NCBI GenBank assembly: GCA_049515895.1
Contig: JBEKTQ010000001.1
Span: 32,001 to 96,000, forward strand
Length of the DNA: 64,000 nucleotides
Direction of reading: 5' to 3'
From: Candidatus Bathyarchaeia archaeon
Lineage (GTDB): Archaea; Thermoproteota; Bathyarchaeia; Bathyarchaeales; Bathycorpusculaceae
Position numbers and translations under genes: made by a program. Within the stretch, counting starts at the first letter, position 1. Each line of letters starts with the position of its first letter. Under the pieces are notes generated by a model that saw only the letters and a program-made list of their open reading frames with translations, did no database searches and was not told the DNA's origin. This document shows, one piece after another, positions 37,745 to 46,165 of this stretch.

Positions 37745-38374
37745 ATGTCAACTACTGAAAAATTGGCTAATGCTCTCTACCTTTCAGGATGCCTAAAATT
37801 TGGCAGCTTCAAAATTAAGTCTGGAGCAACAAGCCCATACTACATTGACCTTGCCCGTCTCTTATCTGCGCCCCAAAAACTGTGCATTGTAGCAGATGCG
37901 GTTGCTGAGCAGGCCACCAAGATAGTGGTTGCTGACGAAATAGACAAGTTGGCTTCCATTGAGCTAAAAGGAGCGTTGATGGCCCCGAGCATCGCCTGCA
38001 AACTCAATCTGCCTTGCATTATCGTGAGAAAAGAAGAAAAAGCTTACGGGGTAACGGGTAGAATCGCCGGCGCAGACGTTGAAAAAGGCGACAGGATCCT
38101 CTTTTTCGACGACGTCATAAGCGAAGGGATTTCTAAAATTGAAGGAATCAAACCTCTCCAGGAACTCGGCGGCGTCGTAAACCATTTGCTTGTCGTCGTT
38201 AACCGGGAGCAAGGGGGGAAGGAGAAATTGGAGACTTTGGGCTTTAAAGTGCATGCTTTAGCCAAAGTGTCTGACCTCGTGAAATCTCTCAGCGGCAAGC
38301 ACATTTCGAAAGAGCAGGCGGATGAAGTTCTAGATTATGTAAAAGGATTTCAAGCGGCTAAGAAAACCACTTGA
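37745..38374 (+). CDS. pyrE: Orotate phosphoribosyltransferase
   Basis: FGSFKIKSGATSPYYID, RKEEKAYG, PRPP motif FDDVISEG. Confidence 0.92.
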   Translation: MSTTEKLANALYLSGCLKFGSFKIKSGATSPYYIDLARLLSAPQKLCIVADAVAEQATKIVVADEIDKLASIELKGALMAPSIACKLNLPCIIVRKEEKAYGVTGRIAGADVEKGDRILFFDDVISEGISKIEGIKPLQELGGVVNHLLVVVNREQGGKEKLETLGFKVHALAKVSDLVKSLSGKHISKEQADEVLDYVKGFQAAKKTT

Positions 38375-38456
38375 GTATTTGCTCCACAGCCCCCGCGGAA
38401 TAACCCTGCACTAAGAGTACTTTTTTCAGGTCCTCGACCGAACTTTCCTTCTCCAT
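38358..38456 (-). CDS. 32-aa helical microprotein (not in ORF track)
   Basis: MEKESSVEDLKKVLLVQGYSAGAVEQILKWFS*; upstream TTTTTTAT box; helix-GYS-helix pattern. Confidence 0.5.
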   Translation of the reverse strand: MEKESSVEDLKKVLLVQGYSAGAVEQILKWFS

Positions 38457-38557
38457 TTACATCCACTTTTACTGTATTAAGCAAGCTACCATAAAAAAGC
38501 TGCTCTACATTTATTGGACAGCTGACTGAATATTAAGTCCAGAGGAAGAACCTTACA

Positions 38558-39565
38558 TTGCAAACCCAAAATCGAGTAGTCGACGCCTTACTTACCGCCG
38601 AAGCTTACCCGGAAGACACGGGCAAAATAGAGCTCATCCAAACTCACATTTCGTTCGTCTTCTTGACCAAAGAATTCGTTTACAAAGTGAAGAAAGCCGT
38701 AAACTTTGGGTTTCTGGACTTTTCGACGCTGCAAAAACGTCAATTTTTTTGCCAAAAAGAATTAGACCTGAACAGGCGCCTTTGCCCAGAAATTTACCTA
38801 AAAGTTGTGCCCATTAACAAATCAAACACAATTAAGATAGAAGGCGACGGCGAAACAATAGAATACGCCTTAAAAATGAAGCGTTTACCTCAAGAAGCAA
38901 TCATGACGAGGCTCCTAAGCAAGAACAAAGTGGGAAGCAAAGTAATTGATGAATTGGCAAAAATAATCGCCATGTTTCATCAAAACGCCCAATCCAGCGG
39001 TGCGATAAATGAGTTCGGTTCTCTCAAGATTATCAAGGTTAACTGGGACGAAAATTTCACTCAAACCGAGAAGTACAAAAACCAAACTATCCCAGGGGCA
39101 GAGTACGAGTTACTCGAGGAAAAAGTTAACAAATTTGTGAAATCGAATAAGGCACTCTTCGAAGACAGAGTAAAACGTGGCAAGATTAGGGATTGCCACG
39201 GTGATTTGCATTCGGGAAACATATTCATAACTGACAAAATCTGCATCTTTGATGCAATAGAATTCAACGATCGCTTCAGGTACTCAGACGTAGCTTCAGA
39301 CGTCGCCTTCTTAGCCATGGATCTTGACTTCCAACAGAGATCCGACTTGGCCGATTACCTTGTAGAAAGATACATTGCCTACTCAAAAGACCAGGAATTG
39401 ACAAAGGTGCTTCCGTTCTACAAATGTTACAGGGCGTATGTCCGCGGCAAAGTTATCAGCTTCAAGCTTGACGACCCAAGCGTCAGCAACAAAGAAAAGG
39501 CAGGTGCAGCCAAAGAAGCCCAAGCATACTTCAAGCTAGCAGCTGAGTACGCGAAAAAAATGTAG
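38558..39565 (+). CDS. Aminoglycoside phosphotransferase-like kinase (COG2187-type N-terminal domain)
   Basis: QTHISFVFL, KVKKAVNFGFLDFST, ELDLNRRL, CHGDLHSGNI, FDAIEFN, YRAYVRGKV. Confidence 0.88.
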   Translation: MQTQNRVVDALLTAEAYPEDTGKIELIQTHISFVFLTKEFVYKVKKAVNFGFLDFSTLQKRQFFCQKELDLNRRLCPEIYLKVVPINKSNTIKIEGDGETIEYALKMKRLPQEAIMTRLLSKNKVGSKVIDELAKIIAMFHQNAQSSGAINEFGSLKIIKVNWDENFTQTEKYKNQTIPGAEYELLEEKVNKFVKSNKALFEDRVKRGKIRDCHGDLHSGNIFITDKICIFDAIEFNDRFRYSDVASDVAFLAMDLDFQQRSDLADYLVERYIAYSKDQELTKVLPFYKCYRAYVRGKVISFKLDDPSVSNKEKAGAAKEAQAYFKLAAEYAKKM

Positions 39566-39569
39566 CTCC

Positions 39570-40436
39570 TTAAGCGAACTGCCCAGCTACCCAAGTGGGA
39601 ATCTTAACTGTGCCCATGATGATTGGTTTCTGATGGCAGTCGCTTCCACCCGTCATCTTTAACCCATGTTGCTTTGCGAACGCAACGTAACAGCTTGTTG
39701 TTTCCTCAGAGTTTCTTGAGTGCCAGCATTCGACTCCGTCTATGCGCGGCAGCATTTTTTCCTGGATTATGCCCGTTTGCTCCACCACCGATTTCGTTAA
39801 TGCAACTAGCGAAGTTCCATGGGGATCGTTAGGGTGAGCCAAAACCAACATTCCGCCTGCGTCTCTAACAAGTTTTGAGGCTTCTTCCAAGTAAAGCGGG
39901 TACTTGGGCACATCACACTTGACAAGGTACCTGTCGAATGCTTCCTGCCGTGTTTTAACTATGTTTTTCTTAACCAAGTAATCTGCGATGTGGGGTCTGC
40001 CAAGCACGCCGTCAACGGAATCCTCGATCTTTCTTAGGTCGCTATTTGTTAACGCTTGGATGTTTTCCTTTTTGAATTCCTTGTTTAGGTTGTCAAGGAT
40101 TTTTGCGGCCCTTTCTTCCCTGTATTTTGCCATTGTTTCAAGCTTGCTTTCCAACGCTTTGTTGCTGGGATTAAACTGGTAGCCTAGGAAATCCAGTGAA
40201 ACCGGTTTGCCATCATGATATTTGGGGTGTGCGAAGGTTACGTTCAGTTCGACTCCAGTGACATAGCGGATTCCTTCTTTCTTGGCTGCAGCAATGGCTT
40301 GAGTTTGACAAACAATCGAGTCGTGATCGGTGATCGCCATTAGATTGATGTTTCGGTTTTTTGCTTCACTAAAAATTTTCTGAACGCCCAGCTTTCCGTC
40401 TGAAGCGCTGGAGTGGATGTGCAGATCGATGATCAT
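39570..40436 (-). CDS. PHP-domain phosphoesterase (TrpH/YciV-like)
   Basis: DLHIHSSASDG, ITDHD, GVE, GRPHIA, LAHP, GGSDCH. Confidence 0.92.
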   Translation of the reverse strand: MIIDLHIHSSASDGKLGVQKIFSEAKNRNINLMAITDHDSIVCQTQAIAAAKKEGIRYVTGVELNVTFAHPKYHDGKPVSLDFLGYQFNPSNKALESKLETMAKYREERAAKILDNLNKEFKKENIQALTNSDLRKIEDSVDGVLGRPHIADYLVKKNIVKTRQEAFDRYLVKCDVPKYPLYLEEASKLVRDAGGMLVLAHPNDPHGTSLVALTKSVVEQTGIIQEKMLPRIDGVECWHSRNSEETTSCYVAFAKQHGLKMTGGSDCHQKPIIMGTVKIPTWVAGQFA

Positions 40437-40452
40437 CTGCTACGGGATCCTG

Positions 40453-41058
40453 TTAAGCTTTTTCCATTCCAATAACGTACCAGTCTTTAGGGTTATCGTG
40501 GCATGTGTCAACGGTTAAGTGTAGTATTTTGAGTTTCGGAAAAGTTTTCTTTAGGTCCACGACGTCTACGGGTTCAAACTTTTTCTTGTTAGCCAGATAG
40601 GCGTCTACCGTTAGCGCGTTTGATTCATAGTTTTCTTTGGTGCGCCGCTGAATTCTGGAAACCGAGACTTCTTCAGGGCAACTTGTCTGCAAAATCACGA
40701 AAGTCATGCCATGTTTTGCCGCGATTTCCGCTGCCCGCCGCCTTAAATCTTGGGTAACAAACGTGGCGTCCAAAATAATTCCTTGTGTACCCTCCTGAGC
40801 TAGGACATCCGCTCTGCGGAAGACTTCATCGTAGACGGAAAGGCGCTTATTCATGTTTCCTGCGACTTTTGCGTCGAAAACATCTTCGTTCTTCAGAACC
40901 TCCAAGCGTATTATGTCGCTTCGAAGTATGGTGTATCCTTTGATTTTCGAGGTTTCCTCCGAGGTTTCCGTTTTCCATGTTCCAGGCAATCCTGTCGTAA
41001 TCAGTAAAGTTCTTGGGCCTAATTTGGCTTCGATGAATCTGGAGAAAGGTTCCTTCAT
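40453..41058 (-). CDS. AAA_33/COG0645-type P-loop kinase
   Basis: GLPGTWKT, LRSDIIR, ILDATF, R..R lid. Confidence 0.85.
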   Translation of the reverse strand: MKEPFSRFIEAKLGPRTLLITTGLPGTWKTETSEETSKIKGYTILRSDIIRLEVLKNEDVFDAKVAGNMNKRLSVYDEVFRRADVLAQEGTQGIILDATFVTQDLRRRAAEIAAKHGMTFVILQTSCPEEVSVSRIQRRTKENYESNALTVDAYLANKKKFEPVDVVDLKKTFPKLKILHLTVDTCHDNPKDWYVIGMEKA

Positions 41059-41184
41059 TATTCAACCTTCTTACTCTAAGCTTGGGCATGTTGCACTTAA
41101 AACTTTTTCCGGTAAAGATTTCGGATTTGGAAGAAAATTCTAAATAGGTTGAAGATTACATTGTTCTGAAAAGAAGGGATAATC

Positions 41185-42441
41185 ATGGAAGAATTCCTAG
41201 TTAAAGATAAAAGTCTAGCACCTCAAGGTCATTTGCAAATCGAATGGGCAACAAGCCACATGCCCGTGCTTAAACTGATAAAAAACCGGTTAGAAAAAGA
41301 AAAACCCTTTAAAGGTTTAACTTTAGGCGCTTGCCTCCACGTGACGAAGGAAACAGCTGTTCTGGTGAAGGCTTTGATCGCCGGCGGCGCCAACATTGCT
41401 TTGTGCGGTTCCAACCCTCTTTCAACCCAGGATGATGTCGCTGCTGCTTTGGCTGATAGTGGCGTTCATGTTTTTGCTTGGAGAGGACAGAATACGGAGG
41501 AATACTACAAGTGTATAGAAAACGCGTTGGATTACAAGCCGTCTATAACTCTTGATGACGGTGCAGATCTAGTCGGAACCCTACATAGCAAACGCCAAAA
41601 GCAGCTGAAGACAGTGAAAGGTGGAACGGAAGAAACCACGACCGGAGTAATTCGTCTAAGAGCTATGGAAAAGGATGGCAGCTTAAAATATCCCATCGTA
41701 GCGGTAAATGATGCTTACACAAAATACCTCTTCGACAACCGCTATGGAACGGGGCAAAGCAGCATGGATGGCATATTGCGTGCCACAAACACTTTGATTG
41801 CTGGAAAAACCTTTGTGGTTTGCGGTTACGGCTGGTGCTCAAGGGGCATAGCCATGCGGGCTCAAGGGTTAGGTGCCAACGTTATAGTGACTGAGGTGCA
41901 ACCTATCCGTGCGTTGGAAGCTGTCATGAACGGTTTACGTGTCATGCCAATAGCTGAAGCAGCAGCAGTTGGTGACATATTCATAACTGCAACAGGCGAC
42001 ATCAGCGTCATTCGAAAAGAGCACATGCAAAAAATGAAGGACGGCGCAATAATGGCTAACAGCGGCCACTTCAACGTTGAAGTCAACATTAAAGACTTAG
42101 AATCTCTCTCAACCTCTAAAAGAACAATGCGTCCTAACCTCGAAGAGTATGCGCTTAAGGACGGGAGAAAACTTTACCTTCTTGCAGAGGGCAGATTGGT
42201 GAACTTGGCAGCGGCAGAAGGGCATCCCTCCGAAGTCATGGATATGTCATTTGCTAATCAAGCGTTATGCTCGGAGTACATCGCTAAAGCTGAGAACTTA
42301 AAGCCGAAAGTCTACACGGTTCCGAAGGAAATCGATGAGAAAGTTGCTGAGTTAAAGCTGAAATCGATGAATGTTACAATTGATGAGCTTACAGATGAGC
42401 AGAAGAATTATCTGTCCACTTGGGAAATGGGAACAACATAG
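41185..42441 (+). CDS. ahcY: Adenosylhomocysteinase
   Basis: [42 protein letters not shown]. Confidence 0.97.
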   Translation: MEEFLVKDKSLAPQGHLQIEWATSHMPVLKLIKNRLEKEKPFKGLTLGACLHVTKETAVLVKALIAGGANIALCGSNPLSTQDDVAAALADSGVHVFAWRGQNTEEYYKCIENALDYKPSITLDDGADLVGTLHSKRQKQLKTVKGGTEETTTGVIRLRAMEKDGSLKYPIVAVNDAYTKYLFDNRYGTGQSSMDGILRATNTLIAGKTFVVCGYGWCSRGIAMRAQGLGANVIVTEVQPIRALEAVMNGLRVMPIAEAAAVGDIFITATGDISVIRKEHMQKMKDGAIMANSGHFNVEVNIKDLESLSTSKRTMRPNLEEYALKDGRKLYLLAEGRLVNLAAAEGHPSEVMDMSFANQALCSEYIAKAENLKPKVYTVPKEIDEKVAELKLKSMNVTIDELTDEQKNYLSTWEMGTT

Positions 42442-42522
42442 ACTGAAGCAAGCACACTCTCAAAAGCATGACAAACTTTAAATTGTTTGAGAATATACAT
42501 GGCTATAAAGTGGTGACCTAAA

Positions 42523-42882
42523 ATGGTTAGCAAAGATCAAGGAATAGGTGGAGCAATACTTGCAGTGTGCGTTATCGTAGCATTAGCATTTATAGTACTG
42601 GTCAGCTTCCCAGCAGCTGTTTCTAAACTATTAGGAATGGCTGTTAATGATAATACTGGTAACTCTATAAGGCTAGATGCAGTCTTGATTCTCGTTTCGA
42701 TAGCGTTCATAGCCATTCTCGCGATCGGTGCATGGATAGGCTGGACAATGGCAACAACACCGCCTCCGAAACCAATCGAAGAAATCACAACAGAAATTGA
42801 AGAGAAGAAAGAAGAACCTAAAGCAGAAGAGACAGCCTCAACCGAAATGCCTGCCACCGAAGCCGCTAAGAAGAAGAAATAA
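42523..42882 (+). CDS. Two-TM archaeal membrane protein with acidic tail
   Basis: SKDQGIGGAIL, WIGWTMATTPPPKPIEEI. Confidence 0.8.
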   Translation: MVSKDQGIGGAILAVCVIVALAFIVLVSFPAAVSKLLGMAVNDNTGNSIRLDAVLILVSIAFIAILAIGAWIGWTMATTPPPKPIEEITTEIEEKKEEPKAEETASTEMPATEAAKKKK

Positions 42883-42950
42883 AACACTAACTTTTCTAAA
42901 AATCATTTCTTTGTTTTTTTTAATTTCCAAACTCTAGTTCATGCTGCAGC

Positions 42951-43286
42951 TTAAGCTTGGCTTGTTTTCATTTTTTGCAGCATACACTCTATGACCCCTT
43001 TGCAGACCATGCAGTCATCTGGAATTTGCTGATTTCCTTGCCTTTCGCTCAAGTAGCCAAGATGGTAATGACAGGCTTCTGGTTTCTCCTTATTTTTATT
43101 CTTCTTTTCTTTAGGAGAGCGGCTTTCACCTTGATTTTCAGATTTGCTACTTTCTGTTTGTGAGTCAACTATTCTTGTTAAGCAGAAAGGGCACGCTGGA
43201 TAGTGTCCTGACGAATCCTGCACATTCAAGGTCTTGAGTGGCATAGCGAAAACTCTTCCACATGAAGGATTCGGGCACGTGAACAT
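42951..43286 (-). CDS. Cys-rich double zinc-finger protein
   Basis: CPNPSCG..CPFC and CHYHLGYL..IPDDCMVC....C. Confidence 0.75.
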   Translation of the reverse strand: MFTCPNPSCGRVFAMPLKTLNVQDSSGHYPACPFCLTRIVDSQTESSKSENQGESRSPKEKKNKNKEKPEACHYHLGYLSERQGNQQIPDDCMVCKGVIECMLQKMKTSQA

Positions 43287-43381
43287 TTCTTTTCCTTCTT
43301 CGTCTCAGCGAACGATAAGCCTGTGTTGTTTACAGATTGTTTTTGCTGCTTTATAGCGTTAATGAATCTGAAATACAGACG

Positions 43382-44581
43382 TCAACTATCGATGCTGCAT
43401 GTTTGGGTTGGGGAAGCAAGCTTCTTTAGATTGTCCGCGCCTTCAGCGTATCCTGAAGCAACCAGTACGTCACCTGCTTCGATCTTTGAATCTGCACGAG
43501 GACGCAGACATTTCTCGCCTCTCTTAATCACCAAAACCCACATCCCTGTTCCTTCATGCACCTGCGCTTCCTTCAGCGTCTTATTCACAAGTTGAGAATC
43601 ACCAGTAACGCAAGCTTGGGCCACTGTTTCCTCCGCCTCACTGATTGTCAGCTTCAAAATTGGGTGCGGTTCAATGCCTCGCAGCACAACCTCCGCTATG
43701 TCCGCGGCGGCATCAGCGATTTTTTCCGTTGCTACTCCTAACCTGATTAACCCAAGAAAACCTGAAGCTTCTTCTTTTTTGAAGTCACTTTTTAAAACAA
43801 GCAATTCAAATTCAGTGTGTAATTGATCTACTTGTTCTTCCAGACGTTCCACTTCTTCAGCCAACTCTTTGCTGTTTAACATAACCGCGGAATAGGCTAA
43901 ATCCAACATTAGCTCCGAGGTGTCTTTAAGCTCAGCAAATCTTAATCCGATTTCCTCAAATTTTGCGCGTTCTTCAACGTCAAGTTTAGCAAATTCCCCT
44001 TCCGCTAAGTCTTTGAACGCTTCAATACCGGTAGGAGCTCCACGCGTAATAAGGACGTCGCCTTGAAAGATTTTTTCTGTTCCCTTTGGGTTAAGTATCC
44101 AGTCCTTATTTCGGCGAATTGCAATTATGTCAATTCCCATTGTCGGGGCTAATTCAAGCTCATCTATGGTTTTCTTAACTATCGTTGAGTTTGGCTTAAC
44201 GGTTACTTTCATCAAATGTTCCTCTACTTTCTCAAAAAACTTCCCTACAACCTGGTGAACTCCAATGTTACGAGTTACAATTGCTGCAATGTCTGCAGCT
44301 GCATCCGAAATCTTATCAGTGGCGGAAGCTACCCTGGAAATCCCCACCATTGCCTCAGCTTCCTTTGGATTTCTTGAAGCAACCATTATTTCCATCTCCA
44401 AAAGATATGCCAAAGTGTCTACGCGTCTTTCAAGCGCCAAAACGTCTTCAGCGAGGTCTTTATCATTGAAAAGGGCTGAGGAGTAAGCTAAGTCGATCAT
44501 CAATTCGGACAGGTTTTTCATTTCAAGCAAAAGTTCTCTGACGGGGATGGGTTTGTACTCTATCTTTTCAAATCTTGGCAT
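43382..44581 (-). CDS. Tandem PhoU/TrkA-C (RCK_C) domain protein
   Basis: Duplicated E(M/L)K(N/D).SELM.DLAYS module, each copy followed by TrkA-C (IIAIRR..NP; VLVIKRG..P). Confidence 0.88.
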   Translation of the reverse strand: MPRFEKIEYKPIPVRELLLEMKNLSELMIDLAYSSALFNDKDLAEDVLALERRVDTLAYLLEMEIMVASRNPKEAEAMVGISRVASATDKISDAAADIAAIVTRNIGVHQVVGKFFEKVEEHLMKVTVKPNSTIVKKTIDELELAPTMGIDIIAIRRNKDWILNPKGTEKIFQGDVLITRGAPTGIEAFKDLAEGEFAKLDVEERAKFEEIGLRFAELKDTSELMLDLAYSAVMLNSKELAEEVERLEEQVDQLHTEFELLVLKSDFKKEEASGFLGLIRLGVATEKIADAAADIAEVVLRGIEPHPILKLTISEAEETVAQACVTGDSQLVNKTLKEAQVHEGTGMWVLVIKRGEKCLRPRADSKIEAGDVLVASGYAEGADNLKKLASPTQTCSIDS

Positions 44582-44635
44582 AACCCGGAGGCCTCTCCAA
44601 ACAAGATACCCTTTTGAATTATTTTAATTATGCCC

Positions 44636-45814
44636 TCAATGCAAAGTGAACAGGACCAGGATTATCAGCAAGGAGGTTGACATTATGATGGTTGCAAAGG
44701 ATGTTTCAAGTGGAATGACAAAGTTCTCAGGGTTTAATCCTCTTCTGAAAGTCAGTATTGCTATGCTGTAGGAGACAAGGACTATGCAGAGGGCTGCTAT
44801 AACGTTGGACACCAAGATTATCCCTATTACATCTACAACGGTGACTAATGAGGAGACTCGGTTAATTGCTAAGGAGCCTAGGGCTAAGATGAAGAAAATG
44901 AAAAAAGATGCTAACCACGCGCTGGCTATGTTTTTAGCGTGGTATCGTATTGAACTTAAAGTTGGTCTAAGCAGACCTAAAGCGAGTTTAGTGTTAGCTG
45001 TTGAGCCCACAACTGAGCCGACGTTGCTAATGTTGTTGATTAAGGCTGGGTAAGCGGTGAGTAGGGCGGGGTAAATCATCACGATTTCTCTTTGAGCGAA
45101 CCTTGTGAGTCCTCCAAAAATTGTTCCAGTCAGAGTAATAATTAGAGCGACAAGCATCAGCACCAAGAATGATTCACGTATAGTTCTTAGAAATTCACGG
45201 TCATTCCTGTCCCTCGACACTAAGTACAAAACTAGGAAGACGTGAAAAAAACCAATAGTTGCGATTAGTAGCATGCCAGGCAAAAAGGTCGACAATTTCA
45301 GCACTCCAAAGTAGCAGATTGTGATGAAAATGCTGGCTGATGTCGCTATGACGGGGTATACAATGATGTCAGGGTCTAATCCTTTTTTGAATGAGACGAA
45401 GGCAACTTTGATGGTGACCAAGGAAAATAACAGACCTATCGCTAACGTTGAAACCGTTACTGAGAGAATAGATGGAAAATCAGTTAGTCTGATACCTAAA
45501 AATAAGTTGCCGAAAAACAACGATATGACACTGACGGTTAAGCTTGTTATTAAAGTTAAGACAATGATCCCATGGAGCAGTTTATAGAAGAATCTAGTGT
45601 TCCCAGAAAATTGGGGATTAATTGTTCCAAGATGCAGGCCAGTGCTCAATCGACCGCTAAGTAAACCGTTGATTATTCTTGTGCTTATCAACACAGGATA
45701 AAGCGCCAAAGCCCACAGGTAGTGCTCGAATACCTTAAGTTGATAAGCAATTAGAAAACCAGCAATTAGTCCTGCTATGTCAAACAAATAAGCGAGTGTT
45801 GTTTGCTTAAACAT
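44636..45814 (-). CDS. MgtE-family divalent cation transporter (two membrane domains)
   Basis: SGRLSTGLHLG, KGLDPD..YP, RGLNPENFVIP. Confidence 0.8.
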   Translation of the reverse strand: MFKQTTLAYLFDIAGLIAGFLIAYQLKVFEHYLWALALYPVLISTRIINGLLSGRLSTGLHLGTINPQFSGNTRFFYKLLHGIIVLTLITSLTVSVISLFFGNLFLGIRLTDFPSILSVTVSTLAIGLLFSLVTIKVAFVSFKKGLDPDIIVYPVIATSASIFITICYFGVLKLSTFLPGMLLIATIGFFHVFLVLYLVSRDRNDREFLRTIRESFLVLMLVALIITLTGTIFGGLTRFAQREIVMIYPALLTAYPALINNISNVGSVVGSTANTKLALGLLRPTLSSIRYHAKNIASAWLASFFIFFILALGSLAINRVSSLVTVVDVIGIILVSNVIAALCIVLVSYSIAILTFRRGLNPENFVIPLETSFATIIMSTSLLIILVLFTLH

Positions 45815-46165
45815 CCCAAAGAAAGAACTAGAGAGGCTTCCATTTGAGATCCTGATTGCCCCCTTAACGTTGACTACAGAAACGCGATCTTAACCCGAAC
45901 GTTTGAAGCTTAACTTTTAGATTTTGGTTGAAAATAATATGTTCCATTGGCGTATTCAGTGAAAAGGCTGTTTCGTGGGCAATTGGTGAATTTCTTGATT
46001 TGTGGACTCCTCGCATTTTTCCCGCCATCCATTTGATTTGGCTGTCCACAGGTCACAGAGTAGCGTGCGGGCTGCCAAAGCCGATTTAACTGCCAATTAA
46101 AGTTTCTGAAAGACATTTATGTCTTAAATAGCTTCCGACCCAACAGGTTTTTGCTTGGAGTTCCT

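Noticed and set aside
45864-46116. Two short overlapping minus-strand ORFs
   Set aside because: No recognisable motif; cannot choose a real frame
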